A stretch of DNA of 64,000 nt from the human T2T-CHM13v2.0 reference genome, Homo sapiens. Both the position numbers and the translations under genes were made by a program. This document shows, one piece after another, positions 27,542 through 43,528 of the stretch. The first letter of the stretch is position 1; the number at the start of each line of letters is the position of its first letter. The notes beneath the pieces are model-generated. The model saw only the letters and a list, made by a program, of their open reading frames with translations. It made no database searches and had not been told where the DNA came from. The stretch is from the NCBI RefSeq assembly GCF_009914755.1, contig NC_060934.1; one strand, given 5' to 3'.

Positions 27542-28064
27542 TTAGTTTTTACTCATTTTCACTTAATTTTTATAATATAATACATATTATATATAATAAT
27601 TTTCATAAATAATAATTTACCTAATTTTACCCAATTTTTTGAGGAAGTGTGTCTCTTGGAATGTAAATATTACCTTGATAAAAAGCCACTAAGTACTCCA
27701 ATTTGAGAGATGAAAACCTAAATAAATCAATATAATCCAAGCAGAAATAAAGTAAAATTCAGAAATTCAGTTAATCTGGTTTTTGCATCTAACATTGTAA
27801 CTAATGTTATTGCACATGATGGCTGAGAATAAGCCTAATGATAATGACAAATAGCAAAGTCAAGTGATTTTTCCCGTTTTTGAACTTAGTTTTTTCTCTT
27901 GGAATTTTTACTTATAGTAATAATCCTTAACTGTTTCAGGAATGAGTCTGACCGCCAAATAACTATCTTATATTTTTTTCACTGTTAACAATAAGTTTAT
28001 CATGCCTGATGGATGGATAGGCGATAAAGCAAATACAGCAATATGTTAACTATATCATTTAAAT

Positions 28065-28599
<535 letters not shown>

Positions 28600-29919
28600 A
28601 TCTAAATGGTGGGTATACAGATGCCCACTGTAAATTATTTCAATGTTTCTATATGCTTTAAAGCTTTCAGAATAAAATGTTGAAAACCATGTCTATGAGT
28701 TATCCAAAGGTTTTTAACTATTATGCAAAGGTTTAAATATTAAAAGCTTATAAATTGTCCCCAAGTTTTTGTTTTTGTATATGCTCTTTGTTATAGCTAG
28801 TAAAAGTTAAATATCTAATTTTCTGAAGTCTTTGGTTTTGATCAGGAATGACTGATCCAAAAATGGCTAGTCCTTGGCAATAGTAAGATAAAAATATTCC
28901 TCTCTGCTTTTCTCCACCGGAGTTACACAATGGTTTTCTACTTAATTGTGACCTTTCCATTTCTGCCAGGAAAGGGGAGATGGATGTTTGTTGTACTATT
29001 ATTTTATAAATAGCATATGTACCTTTTTCCAGGCTTTCTTTTTAACATTCTGTTATTTAAAACTGACACTACCTAAAGTTGAGAGCAGTGACTTTTCAAA
29101 TTAAGTTATTTCCTTTTGACTGTTTCCATCTACATGGTACCTAATTTGACATATTTTCACTTTCTTCACAATATGGGCTTTTTAAACAACTTTTTTTCTG
29201 GAAACTGTGACATGATTACTTTAAAAATCAAACAGAATCTAAATTTGCATGTGTTCCTAATATCAGCTCTGCTAGACACAGCAAGATGACAACCAGGCCA
29301 TAAGACACCCTTTGGGATCTGTGTAGAGTTTGTGAATTGAAGCAGAAAAACATTCTAGTTTCATACTCACTGGCTTAGTTAATGATCCAAACCAAACATT
29401 AGGAGACAATCATAGTGTCTTTGTTCCTGGCAGAATTTTTGTTCAGGCCTGTGAAATCTTTCTGGCCTTATGGCCAAACCATACCTTATAGAAAACAAAA
29501 AATAGGATCAGGGAGAAAAACAGTATATCATTAAGGATTATTATAAGATCATTTCAGCCACCACAATCACAAGTTCTTCTGTTGTGATTCTCAGTCCTCC
29601 TGGATGTTGAACGCTGCCTGCCTGCCAAAACCGAGGGTCCCCACAGAGGCTTCCTGACACTTGGCTTTTTTATTAGAAACACTCTGGGTAAGACCCAGTG
29701 AATCTCCCCAGAGGATCTGGCCCTCTTCCTATGCAGTCCTTCTGGAGAGTTACCATTTTAAATAAAGAAACTGAAACAAAGAGAAAATAGATCACCACAC
29801 TGCCTCCCCCGCTGACGGGTGAATCCCTGCTTCTGAACTCTTTTGTCTCTGTCCCATCACCACTGCCTATCACTGCTTCCTGATAAGAAAGCTATCTTAC
29901 AAATGCCTACTTTGAGAAA

Positions 29920-30640
29920 TGGTGCAAAGACTACAAACTCTAAAGTCAAATAGATTAGGGTTCAGCTCTCACAGCTGCCACTTACTGGTTATGAATTTGA
30001 GTCACGTTTCTTAATCCTACTGAAGTAGGCTGATAATGACTCCAACAATTTGTCCACATCCTAATCCCTGGAACCTGTGAATGTTACCGTATGTAGTAAA
30101 TTTTTGCAGGTGTGAGTTCTTAAGGATCTTGGTCTGAGTGGATTATCCTGATTACCCAGATGGGACCTAAATGCCATTACAAGTGACCTCATAAGAAAGA
30201 GACAGAAGGAGAATAGGCACCACACACACACAGGAGAAGGCAATATGAAGATGGAGGCAGAGATTGCAGTGATGCGGCCATAAGCCAAAGAATGCAACAG
30301 CCCCCAGAAGCCGGAAGAGGCAAGGAAAGGATGCTCCCCTGGAACCTCCAAAAGGAACAGCCCTGCTGACACCCTGAGGTCTGACTTCTGACCTCCAAAA
30401 CTGTAAGAGAATAAATGTCTATTGTTTTAAACCATCAAGTTTGTGGTAATTTGTTACAGCACCCACAGGAAACTAATACACCTGCTAAGCCTCCGTTTCC
30501 TCATCTGTTAAACTGAGATAATAATATATGCCTTGCTAGGTTGTTGTCATAACAAAAATTAACTAATGCAAAATATTAGCTCAATGTCTGGCACATAGTA
30601 GGCATACAGTACATAGCAGCAGCTATTATTTTTATTAGTA
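29920..30640 (+). mobile_element. MIR split by an MLT1 insertion
   Basis: MIR head (agggttcagctc...ctgccacttact) before 30021 and MIR core (ctccgtttcctcatctgttaaa...ctggcacatagtaggc) after 30480. Confidence 0.75.
30021..30480 (+). mobile_element. MLT1C/D solo LTR
   Basis: tg...cctaatccctggaacctgtgaatgttacc...ggaaactaataca; TSD CCTAC/CCTGC. Confidence 0.9.
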
Positions 30641-31822
30641 TTATCTTCACTATTTTTAATATGGATAAAAGAGTATGGGCAGCTTATCCTAAACCCAGTA
30701 CTGCTCCTTTAAAAATCAGTCAAACCAAACACCAAGTGGTATAATCTTCAACTAGGGAGAACTGCATATTTATTTATAGTTTGTATCAAAATAGTGCCTT
30801 TCATCAAAAAACTAACTTCTATTCTGTTGCCATATTATTATGAAATGCTCCATCTATTCATGCCAATAATTAAATAAGCCATGTTGCATTTTTCCAAGTA
30901 TTTAATTGTATGTTTAACCATAAACTACATGTTTAAAATGGAAAATAAACATTTCCAGCTGTTTTGTGGACAACACATCTAAATTTGAACTTCTGAATTC
31001 TGGAAAACCACAGATCTTTTAAGTATGCTACAATTATTTCTTAAAGCAATGTCAACTCTTGCTTATTCAGGAGTTGAACATTCAGCTGAGGTGCAATTAG
31101 GGGAGAGTGGGAGTTTTATGTGATGGAAGATTGCCTCCCCAAACACAGAAGTGTAGTATGTAGGAGGTCAATCATTCATTTAACAAATGATTATTTAGTC
31201 ATTGTGCTGGGCATTGGAGGATGCAAAGGTGACTAAGATAGAGCCTTTACCTTGAAGGCACTCACGGAACAGTGAAGGACATAGAAATATAAAAGCAGAT
31301 AGATGAAAATTCAGAATGATAATAGTGAAGCTAACATTTACCAAGTATCTATTATGTGCCACGCACTATATAACCCTTTACATGCATTTTCTCATTTAAT
31401 CTTCACAACCACCCTGTGAAGTGGGGTTTTGGTAAGGTTAGGTTGCCCAAGGTAACACAGCTAGTTTAAGAACAGCCTAATTCCTGGGTCCTCACTTTTA
31501 ACCACTGCTGCAGAGGCATAAACCATTTAACATGATAACACAGAAAAGGAAGAAAGTTACTGTGCCTGGGGGAAGTGGGAGGGTTCCATCCAGAAATACA
31601 GTTGACTTGGATCAAGGATGAATGGAATTTAGGAGGACTTTGTTTTTAAAGGTGAAAAATACGCCAAAAGGCACTCCAGAAGGAGACAAGTGCCTGTGCA
31701 AAGGTGAGGCATCAGGAAAGGGCCATGTATTCAGGGCAACTGGAGTGCCATGAGTCTGGCGTGGTCAGGAGTATTATACTGGACACAAAGAAGAACCTCA
31801 AGTTACTAAAGCCTTTTGGGGG

Positions 31823-32201
31823 TGATATGGTTAGGCTTTGTGTCCCCACCCAAATCTCATCTTGAATTGTAATCCCCATAATCCTCACAGGTCAAAGTAG
31901 GGACCCGGTGAGAGATGATTGGATCATGGGGGCAGTTTCCCCCATGCTGTTCTCCTGATAGTGAGTGAGTTCTTCCAAGATCTGATGGTTTTATAAGCAT
32001 CTGGCATTTCCCCTGCTTGCACTTCTCTCTCATGCCACCACGTGAAGAAGGTCTTTGCTTCCCCTTCGCCTTCCACCATGATTGTAAGTTTCCTGAGGCC
32101 TCCCCAGGCACGTGGAACTATGAGTCAATTAAACCTCTTTCTTTTATAAATTCCCCAGTCTCGAGTATTTCTTTACAGCAGTGTAAGAATGGACTAACAC
32201 A
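31823..32201 (+). mobile_element. THE1 (THE1D-like) solo LTR
   Basis: tgatatggttaggctttgtgtccccacccaaatctc...ggactaacaca; TSD GGGGG/GGGAG. Confidence 0.9.
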
Positions 32202-33294
32202 GGGAGACACAGGATTAGATGTGCATTTTAGAAAGATGCTTGGGGATCCATGCAGGGGATGGGCTACACAAAAAACCAAGCCTGGAGGCTGGGGTTTCTA
32301 GTCTGATATGGGAATCAGATTACTACTCACTTATCTACTCCCATTGGAATAATTTAAAAATACAAAAGAAAACATATTATATTACTGCTGGAAACAATGG
32401 AAGGCAACCATTCACATAGCAAAAGGCATTGTAGCAAAAGACATGCCTGATCTTACTGGCTAGTCAGCTTCATGTAAAAATGTCTGAAACAAATTTTAAG
32501 GTCATCTGGGACCCTCACTATGTTAATATTAGACAAAACAGTATTTATGCCAAAAAGAATTTTTAAATGAGAAAGGGGGTCATGTTAGATAGATAAAAAG
32601 GAGCCATACCAAAAATACAGTATGAATTATCATGCACCAAATAACATAGCATCAAAATAGATAAAGCCAAAGTTTCTAGCAATAAAGAGAAAAGTGAAAA
32701 ATTAGAACTATAATAGGCTTTAACATACCCCTCTTTTCAGAATAGATCTAATTAACAAAAGCAAACATAGTTTATAAAAGTATAATTAAAACTTTGTGTT
32801 AATAAATATATATATCACACTTTGTATCTCATGAACTTTAAACTATATCACATCCTAGTGAACAAGAAAATCATAAGTTCTAAAAACTAAAAATTGTACA
32901 GTTTACATTTCCTAACCACAATACAATTAATAAACTAGCAATTAATTTTTTAAAATGAACAAAAAATAAACAATTTGGGGTTATAAAACACCATCTTAAG
33001 TAGATTGGAACAGAAAAAGAGTATAAAACTGCAGTTAAAAATTCTTTAGGAAATAAGTAAAACATTAGTTATCTAAACTTTTCCTCAGAAAAGTACTCAG
33101 AAGGAAATGTGAAGTCTCAAGTATTTATAATTAAACAAACAAAAAAATAAAAATAAGTTAAATACACATCATTTCAAGGAGCCATAAAAAGAGCCACAAG
33201 ACAAGCTTAAGGGAAATATGAGGAAAGAAAAAATACAGCAGCTGACAGCAGAAATAAAACAATTTAAAGTATTAAATAGTTTAAGAGATGGTTC

Positions 33295-33631
<337 letters not shown>

Positions 33632-35009
33632 TAAAACTTACCTCTGGTAAGTCTAATCAAGGTAAGGAGAATCTATACAAACATACAATATAAGAAATGA
33701 GAAAGGAGACACAAACGTAGATAAATTTTTAAAGTCTCTATTAACAAAACAATTCTGGAAATATGTATACTACAAAATCTTCTATGAAAAGGTGATAAAC
33801 TTCATAGAATAATAACCAAAGAGAGAAATTTTTAAATGTGTCAAAATATATTCCCCCAATGATACCAGGTTACAGTCCCATGTGGTTTCACAGATTTTTT
33901 TTCTTTCAAATCTTAAAGAGGAATACATAATTTATATGCTAAAGAGTAGAGAGAAAGAAGAAATGTTTACCAATTCATTTTACCAGATGGTATAAACTTG
34001 ATGTTAAAACCTAAGTAAAAGTGAAAATATATAATTATTTAAGATATAAATAGAGATTTTAGATCTTACATAAAATTTGAAAATTGTAACACAGAAGTAT
34101 ATTTTTGGAAAATTTTCTTTCATAATTCAATTAACACAAATCACCATGTAAACAAACTAAAAACCTAAAAGTCATCTCAGTAAACATATAAAAAGCATTT
34201 GATATAACCCAACATTCATTCCTGCTAAAATACTCAGCAAACTAAGAATAGAAGGGAACTTCTTCAACACAATAAAAAATATCTATGAAACCTGCAACTA
34301 ATATCAAACTTAATGGTAAAAGCCTAAATGTTTGCCACCTAAGATCAGGAACAAGACAAGAATGTTCACTCTTACCACTTTTATTTACCCTTGTACTGGA
34401 AATTCTAGCCAGTTCAATAGGCAAGAAAAAGAAATAAAAAGCATTCTGACTGGAAAAGAAGAAGTAAAACTGTCTTTATCCACAAATGATATGTTTGTCT
34501 GTAAAAATCTGATGGAATCTACCAAAAAGCTACTAGAATGAATAAGTGAGTCTAAATGTTACAAGATACAAGATCAATACATAAAAATCAATTTTATTTC
34601 TGGATATACTAGCAATGAAAAATCAGAAGTGAAATTTTAGAAAAAATATTATTTATAATAGTACCAAAAAATGAAATATTTTAAGAACAAATCTGTGGAT
34701 GTAGAGGACAAATAATGTCAAGGGCCTGTGTAGTGAAAACTATGAAACATTGAAAAAAAATTAAAGAACAAAATACATGGAGAGATATACCGTGTTCCTA
34801 GATTGGAAGAGTTAATATTATTAAGATGCCAATTATCCCCAAATTGGTCTATAGATTCAATGCAATCCCAATCAATTTTCCAGAAGTTTTTTTAGAAATT
34901 GACAAGCTAATTCTAAAATTCACATGGAAATGCAAAGAACCTAGAACAGCCAAAACAACTTTGAAAAATAACAAAGTTAGAGGACTAACACTGATTTCAA
35001 GACTTATTA

Positions 35010-35363
<354 letters not shown>

Positions 35364-35760
35364 CTATTCCAACTGATATTGTGCCACTCACTGGTCTTTC
35401 CACACTGGAGTTTGTGGGAGGATTACCAGACAAGAGGTCAGTCCAGCACCTTCCGAGTTCTGGCTCTGCCACTTAGCAGTTGCTTCAAGCAGGCACTTAC
35501 TTTCTGTACTTTGGTTTTCTCTTCATAAAATGTGAAGGTTGTGCTACATATGTCCATACCAAGACTTGTATATGAATGTTCATAGCAACTTTACTGGTAA
35601 TAGCTAAAAACTGGAAAAAACTCAAATGTCCATCAACAGGTGAATGGATAAACAAAAGCGATATATCCATACAATGTAATATTAGCAAAAAGGAATAAAC
35701 TATCAATACATACAACAGCATGGAAAAATCTCAAAATAATTATGCTACATGAAAGAAGAC

Positions 35761-36147
35761 TGTATTTGTTCATTCTCACACTGCTATAAAGAAATACCTG
35801 AGACTGGGTAATTTATAAAGAAAAGAGGTTTAATTGGCTCACAGTTCTACAGGCTGCACACAAAGCATAGCGGCTTCAGCTTCTAGGGAGGCCTCAGGAA
35901 GCTTCCAATCATGACGGAAGCAGCCATGCCTTACATGACTGACCAGGAGGAGGAGAGAGAAAGGAGGGGAGATGCCACACACTTTTAAATGACCAGCTCA
36001 CACAAGAACTCACTCACTAACTCAAGAACAGCCCCAAAGGGAAAACCCACCCCCATGATCCAATCACCTCCCACCCGGCCCCACCTCCAACACTGGGGAT
36101 TACAATTCCACATGAGATTTGGGTAGAGACAGATACAAACCACATCA
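35761..36147 (-). mobile_element. MSTA/MSTB MaLR solo LTR
   Basis: tgtatttgttcattctcacactgctataaagaaatacctgag...ccacctccaacactggggattacaatt...aaaccacatca. Confidence 0.88.
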
Positions 36148-36690
36148 GAGGCAGACCCCCAAAAAACCTTATGCTGTATGATTACATTTATAGAAAATTC
36201 TAAAAAATTGAAAACTACGATGACAGAAAGCAAAACAATGGTTGCCTGGGGGTGAGACATGGGGAAGAATGTGAGGAGAGAAAGATTATAACTATCGTCA
36301 ATAATAATTTAATTCTATATTTTACAATAACTTAAAAAGTGTAATTGGATTATTTGTAATGCAATGGATAAATGCTTGAGGGGATAGATACCCCAGTCTC
36401 CATGATGTGCTTATCTCACATTGCATGCCTGTATCAAAACATCTCATCTGCCCCATAAATATGTACACCTATGTATTCATAGAAATTCAAAATTTAAGAA
36501 AAGAAATTCAAAATAAAAAAATTTAAAGGATGAAGAAATATTTGGACCTGATAATGTTATTGATTTCACAATTATATACATATGTCAAAACCCATCAGAT
36601 TTTACAGTTTAAATAGATGCAGTTTAGTTTATGTCAATTGTACCTCAATAAAGCTGTTTTGTAAATCCTAAATAAAACATTAGAAATTTT

Positions 36691-36815
36691 GCTGGGTATG
36701 GCATCTCATGCTTGTAATCCCAGCACTTTGGGAGGCCACAGCAAGAGGACTGCTTGAGCCCAGGAGGTCAAGACCAGCCCGGGCAACAGAGTGAGATCTC
36801 GTCTCTATGCAAAAA
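36691..36815 (+). mobile_element. FLAM (Alu monomer)
   Basis: gctgggtatggcatctcatgcttgtaatcccagcactttgggagg...gtctctatgcaaaaa. Confidence 0.8.
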
Positions 36816-38159
36816 GAATTTTTTAATATTTTTAAAAGATTATATAATACGGAAAATATATTAATATGATCAATTATGTTAATTAATTGAAATAAAAATA
36901 TTTCACTTAACATTTTTAATTCTAAAAGAAGAATATTTCATAAAATGATTTTAAAAAGGTATCTCAAACTGATATTCAGAATGGTATTAATGGTAAGACA
37001 CTAGATGGTTTTAAGACACTAGATGGTTTCCCATTAAAGCCAAGAATGTTCACTATTACCACAGGCTTGGGTTTTTCAAAAATTAATCTGACATTTCTAG
37101 CTAGTTGAATTAAATAAATAACAAATAAATATTTAAAAGGAGCCGATAGAAATGTCATTATTTATAGATGAACCGATTTTCTACTAGAATAGATTAAAGT
37201 AAGTCCAGTGAAAGACTAGTGAAAGAAACTCCAGGAGGTAGGTGGTTTGCTGCAAAATGTATGCTAAAATAATGGTTTTCATATATACCAGTAATCACAG
37301 AAACATAAAATACTTAAGAATACATTTAAAATAAATATGCAGATCTAATATGAAGAAAACTACAAGTCTTTACTGAGGGGCATAATTGAGACTTAGGAAA
37401 ACTGGAAAGATAGTCCATGTTTCTGGAAAGGGAAGGCTCAGTGCTGAATTTCAATTCTCTAGAAATTAATCTAAACAGCACAATGACAACTAAAATGCCA
37501 GCAGGATTTCTCTTCAATTTGAGTTGATTCAAAATTTCATCTACATGAATAAACATACATAAAAAAGCAGCAGTATTGAGAAAAAAATCAATGTGGGGAA
37601 AGGTATCCAACAAACTAATAAAATGTACTAAGAAGCCACCATAATGTAAATATTAGGCTGGAATTTGGGTAATCATAGGTAGATTCAAGGAACAGAATTT
37701 AATATCCAGGAAAATCCTCAGGTATTATAATAGTAGCATTTCAAATCAACTGGTGTTCTAAGCACAAACCAAAATAAATCAAAATGTAAAATATAAAAAT
37801 TTTAACAATATAAAAACCTTTAAACTTCTTTATAACAGAAAATATCACAAACAAAAAAGAAAAGGCAAACCTGGGGGGGGAGGAAAATATAACATATATG
37901 GCAGGAAAAGGGCTGGCTACTCATATATAAAAAGGTCTTTAACAAAATAATGTGCCTCATTAGGAAAACATGCAAAATAATTAACTGTGCATTAAATACA
38001 AATGATGACTAGACAAAGAATAAACATAGCATTACTATTAATCTAAGCAGTGTATATTAAAATAATGGGACTAAGATTTTGTTGAGACAAAGAGACTTTT
38101 ATCTGTCAAACAGGCAAACCTATAAAAGCATAATAATACTAAGTATTTGCAAAAGTGGC

Positions 38160-38531
38160 TTTTTGTTGCATTTAGCCAATGGGTGGCACCAACAAGACAG
38201 GAAGTGGGAGATATTGAAATTTTTTATTTCCCACTTGAGATATAGTTTGCCATACCTGTGATCCTCTACCTAAAGTCACAGTTCCTGTTAAATGGCCCCT
38301 TCCTCACAGTAACAACTCTCACCAGGTTCCAGTGAAAACTCCCTTGCCCTGCTTATTTAAGCCCAGGGCACTAGGATGCTAAAAGCTTCCTGCAATATCT
38401 AGACCCTGGATGTTTTCACACCTGCTGGTTCCCCTAACCCCTGTTCCACACCTCTGTAAATGGCCCCTCCATTAAACTCCCTTTAATGATCCTTGCAGTG
38501 TGATTTCCTGACAGGACCCTGACTGATACAC
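38160..38531 (+). mobile_element. ERVL LTR relic (LTR33-like)
   Basis: tttagccaatgggtggcacc...ccattaaactcc...tttcctgacaggaccctgactgataca. Confidence 0.55.
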
Positions 38532-38899
38532 AGCCAACCATATGAATGTATTGTTTAAATCTCTTTAAATCTCTCTCTGTCTCTCTCTCTTCTCTCTCTC
38601 TCTCACTCTGTGTGTGTGTATAAATATAAATGTAGACTTAGACACAGATACAGACACACAGAAAAAATCAGAATGTATATAGACCAAAATGTGTGAGAAT
38701 AGATAACTTTTAAATACACACTCACACACACACATACATATACATATATATCAATTCAAGAAATGATAAAGGATATAAAAAGGAATTAGTCAAAAATAAT
38801 GCTATTTCTCAGCTTCTTGTACAAAAAGGCAATTTAGACCATCATTATACACAAACTACTTAAAAATTGCATATAAGTGATAAAATCACACAGAACTAA

Positions 38900-38901
<2 letters not shown>

Positions 38902-38931
<30 letters not shown>
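38902..38931. repeat. (CA)n microsatellite
   Basis: About 15 CA units; a (TC)n(TG)n tract also lies at about 38570-38620. Confidence 0.95.
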
Positions 38932-38934
<3 letters not shown>

Positions 38935-39129
38935 AATACTGGCAAAACTGGTAAAATCAGAGTTAGGTCACTGGATTTGATCAATATTAATTTCCTGGTT
39001 GTAATATTGTACTAACAGTGTTGTAAGGTATTAACCATTGGGAAAAACTGGGTGAAGGGTTCACATGATCTCTCTGTATTATTTCTTACAATTGCATGTA
39101 AATCTACAATTATCTCCAAATAAAAAGTT

Positions 39130-39436
<307 letters not shown>

Positions 39437-39445
39437 TAAGATGTT

Positions 39446-39737
39446 TGTTTGTTTTTGAGACAGAGTCTCGCTCTGTGGTTCAGGCTGGAGTGCAGTGGCA
39501 CAATCTCAGCTCACTGCAACCTCTGCCTCCAGGGTTCAAGTGATTCTCTTGCCTTAGCCTCCAAGTAGCTGGGATTACAGGCATGTGCCACCATGCCCGG
39601 CTAATTTTTGTATTTTGAGTAGTGATGGGGTTTCACCACATTGGCCAGGCTGGTCTCAAACTCCTGACCTCAAGTGATCAGCCCACCTCGGCCTCCCAAA
39701 GTGCTGGGATTACAGGAATGAGCCACTGTGCCCAGTT
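39446..39737 (-). mobile_element. Alu (AluS-type), tandem with the previous Alu
   Basis: Antisense Alu body immediately following. Confidence 0.95.
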
Positions 39738-40030
39738 GAAACGTTTTTTTAAATTGCATATGAAAAAATTAAACCTTAGAGGAATAAAATATACATTAAC
39801 ATTTACCCAATCTCTAAAAAGCAATTTATAAGCTCCAGAGGAAAATGGAGAGGGGAAGGTTTGAAAAAGATGGATCAATTTGACATTTTAAAAGTTTAAT
39901 TTCTACTGGCCACAAACAAGACTGAATAAACATGTATACAAAAAAACAAAGGAAATAATTACAATGAGACCAACAAAAAGTTCAGATTATTAATATATAA
40001 AGGACAATGGCCAATAAGAAAAGGACATTA

Positions 40031-40364
<334 letters not shown>

Positions 40365-40389
40365 TCATAAAAGAGGTGACAATTTTTTC

Positions 40390-42995
40390 CTCTTTTCAAA
40401 ACTTTGAAGCCTTGTCTCTCCCAGTTCCTCCTCAAACCTGCACCTATTTCTTCTACTCAGAACGCTTGTTCCTTCCCACTCCAACATTATTCCAAACCTC
40501 CACAAGCTCACCAACTCTCACTTTTTCTACTCAACTTCACAGGCAAATATTCCACATGGCAGAATCCCAGCCTGAACTCCACCATCAATGTGTGTGCCCC
40601 TAAACAATTGATGTTGCTGAAGGAAACCACACAGCTGTGCAGACTGGTGTCCCTTTAAATTATTGACCAGAAATTTCAATAGGGTACTCTACACTGCCCC
40701 ACAAATCCCACTACATTCCCCTAATAAACTTGCTTTTCTACTCTTAAAGACGATAATTTCATTTGCAAGCATGTCTACAAACTCGATCCACTTCCTCAAC
40801 TCTCATTCACTTTTTAATCTATTAATCTATACCCACATCTCCCGTCTGTCACTTTTACTCACCCATGCTAGAAAAACTTTTCCTACTAAGGTTGTCAAAT
40901 CCCATAGACACTTTCAGTCCTTGTCTTACTAAGCCTCTCAAACAACTGCATCCTCATATCAAAACACTCTTCTGATTTCCATGAAACTTCAGTCTCCTTA
41001 GTTTCTTCCTTGCCTTCCTGCTTGCTTTATCTCATCCTCCTGTTTCCCTTCTCTTTCCAACCTCTGAAGAATGGAACTATCCCAGGTCCTCATTCAAGAC
41101 TCTTCTCGCTCTATACTAGATGATCTCATTCATTCTCACTAATTCATCAATTGTATGTTACTAACTCCCAGATTTTTACCTCAAAATCAGGTTTCTCTCC
41201 CAGCCTCAAGATACATGTCACCAGCTGCCTTCTTGACATCTCCACTTGGATGGCTTATAAGCTTCTCACATCTAATATGTACAAAACAGAGCTCATTATT
41301 TCTACACCTGCCCCATCCAAGCCTGGTGCTGCTGTCTTCCACATCTCAATAAATGACACCTCCATCAAATTAGTTGTCAACCCAGAAAACTGGAAGTCAT
41401 CATTGAGATTTCCCTCTTCCTTACTCCCCATAACTAACCCATCACAGTTTTTGCTGATTCTACCTCCAAAATATACCTTAAACCCAAATTCACTCCAAGC
41501 CATCTTTGCTTCCCTTATCAACTACCGTCAGCCTTGTGACTGATCTTCTCATTTCCACTCTTCCCCTCCCCAATCCATTCATCACACAGGTGCCAGAAAA
41601 ATATTTTTGAAATGTAAATCTGACCAACACTCTTCAGTGTCTTCCTATTAAAATTAGCAGAAAAATCCGGAATCCTCACCATTACACTGTATCATCTAGC
41701 TCCTTGTACATTTTTGAGCTCATCTCACACCTCCCAGACCTCCTATTTTCCTCCAGCCAAACTACTTTTCTTTCAAGTCCTCAAACATACAAATTCTTTC
41801 CATTTCAGGAAGTTCATGTTTTTCTCTTTACTGAACCACTTTCCGTGAGTCTTAGCCTGTCTATTTATCCTTCTGTTCTTAATTTAAATGGCACTCCCTC
41901 AAAGAGAATTTCCCTGGCCACCACCACCCCAATCTAAGTTAGATCTCACTATAATATCATCTTGTACTTTGCCCTCATAGAATTTGCCTTGGTTCATACT
42001 ATATACCAGGGGTCCCTAGCAATGGAGCAGCACAGCAGGAGGTGAGTGGCAGGTGAGCCAGCATTAACACCTGAGCTCCACCTCCTGTCAGATCAGCAGC
42101 AGCATTAGATTCTCGTAGGAGCACCAGTCCTATTGTAAACTGCGCATGCGAGCTATCCAGGTTGTGCACTCCTTATGAGAGTCTAACTAAGGCTTGATTA
42201 TCTGAGGCGGGACAATTTCATCCTGAAATCATTTCCCCTACCCATGGAAAAATTGTCTTCCATGAAACCAGTCCCTGGTGCAAAAAGTTTGGGGACCACT
42301 ACTATGTACCTATTTATGTGATTATTTCTAGTGTATTTTCCCACTAGGGTTACGTCATACAATGCATGAGGGCAGGTGCCAGGGAATATTTGTTTGGCTC
42401 ATCACTTTTAGACCCAGCACTCTGCCAGCACCTGGCATATGATCTTGTGTGGAGTTGTGTGTTTTCAATGACTGCATTAATGAACAAGATTCAGCTCAAG
42501 CTTCACTTCTATAACTCTTTTCTCCACCACCCTTGCTGCCTCTCCACCCTGGTAGATCTCAGTACTTGCTTCTTTATTCCCCGCTGGATACTGTACCTCT
42601 ATCTCATACCTGACAAACAGTGCCATTGAACTTCTTTGGGGTTCTTAGACAAGCCAATACTCTGTGTCCCTTCTGGACCTTCATACATGCTGTTCCTTCT
42701 ACCTGAACACTCTTCCTTTCTTATATTCCCACTCCCTCCCTTTACCTAACTATTCCCTACTCGTCTTTTGTGTCTCAATTTAGACATCACTTCCTCCAGG
42801 AAATCTCCTCAATATCTCCCTCCATTCCAGGTTAGATCTGCATTGTAATTGTCCATTTGGTTAACTACATTCCCCTCTAGACTGTGACCTCAGGACCTGT
42901 GTATTTCTTGACTACCACTGTATCTTCAGAACCTAGCATAGAATTTGTCACATAGTAGGTGGTCAAAAAAATAGTTGTTGACTCAGTGAATTGAT
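40390..42995 (+). mobile_element. L2 relics (ORF2 end and 3' ends)
   Basis: gacatctccacttggatggct...ctcacatctaatatgtacaaaac; cacttcctccaggaaatct...agaacctagcatag. Confidence 0.75.
42007..42301. mobile_element. MER1B hAT MITE
   Basis: caggggtcc...ggggaccact termini; gagctccacctcctgtcagatcagc; 8-bp TSD CTATATAC/CTATGTAC. Confidence 0.9.
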
Positions 42996-43239
42996 ACATG
43001 CTTAACAGTTGTATGTTGTTGAAAGAGGAAACTTACTAGACTATGTAGCATTCCAGTCCTAAATGCTTTCCTCATTTAGCCAAATGTTCCAACTCACATG
43101 GCCAGGGTCAATTAAAATTAGAGAATTAATTAAGAACCCACTTGAATAGTTCTCTCTCTAGGAAGGTGAGGGTAGATCTGCTTCTACCTTCTCAAACCAA
43201 CACTTTACAATGTGGAAAAGAATTAGAAATAGAACATTA

Positions 43240-43528
43240 TTTTTTGTTTGTTTGAGATGTCTCTGTCATCCAGGTCGGAGTGCAGTGGTGCAATATTGGC
43301 TCACTGCAACCTCCACCTCCTGAGTTCAAGCAATTCTCCTGCCTCAGCCTCCTGAGTATCTGGGAATACAGGTGCACACCACCACGCACAGCTAATTTTT
43401 GTATTTTTAGTTGAGATGGTGTTTCACCATGTTAGTCAGGCTGGTCTCAAACTCCTGACCTCAGGTAATCCACCAGCCTCGGCCTCCCAAAGTGTTGGGA
43501 TTACAGGCATAAGCCACCGCGCCCAGCC
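43240..43528 (-). mobile_element. Alu (AluS-type)
   Basis: Antisense body; TSD-like aatagaacatt / aatagaaaatt. Confidence 0.93.
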
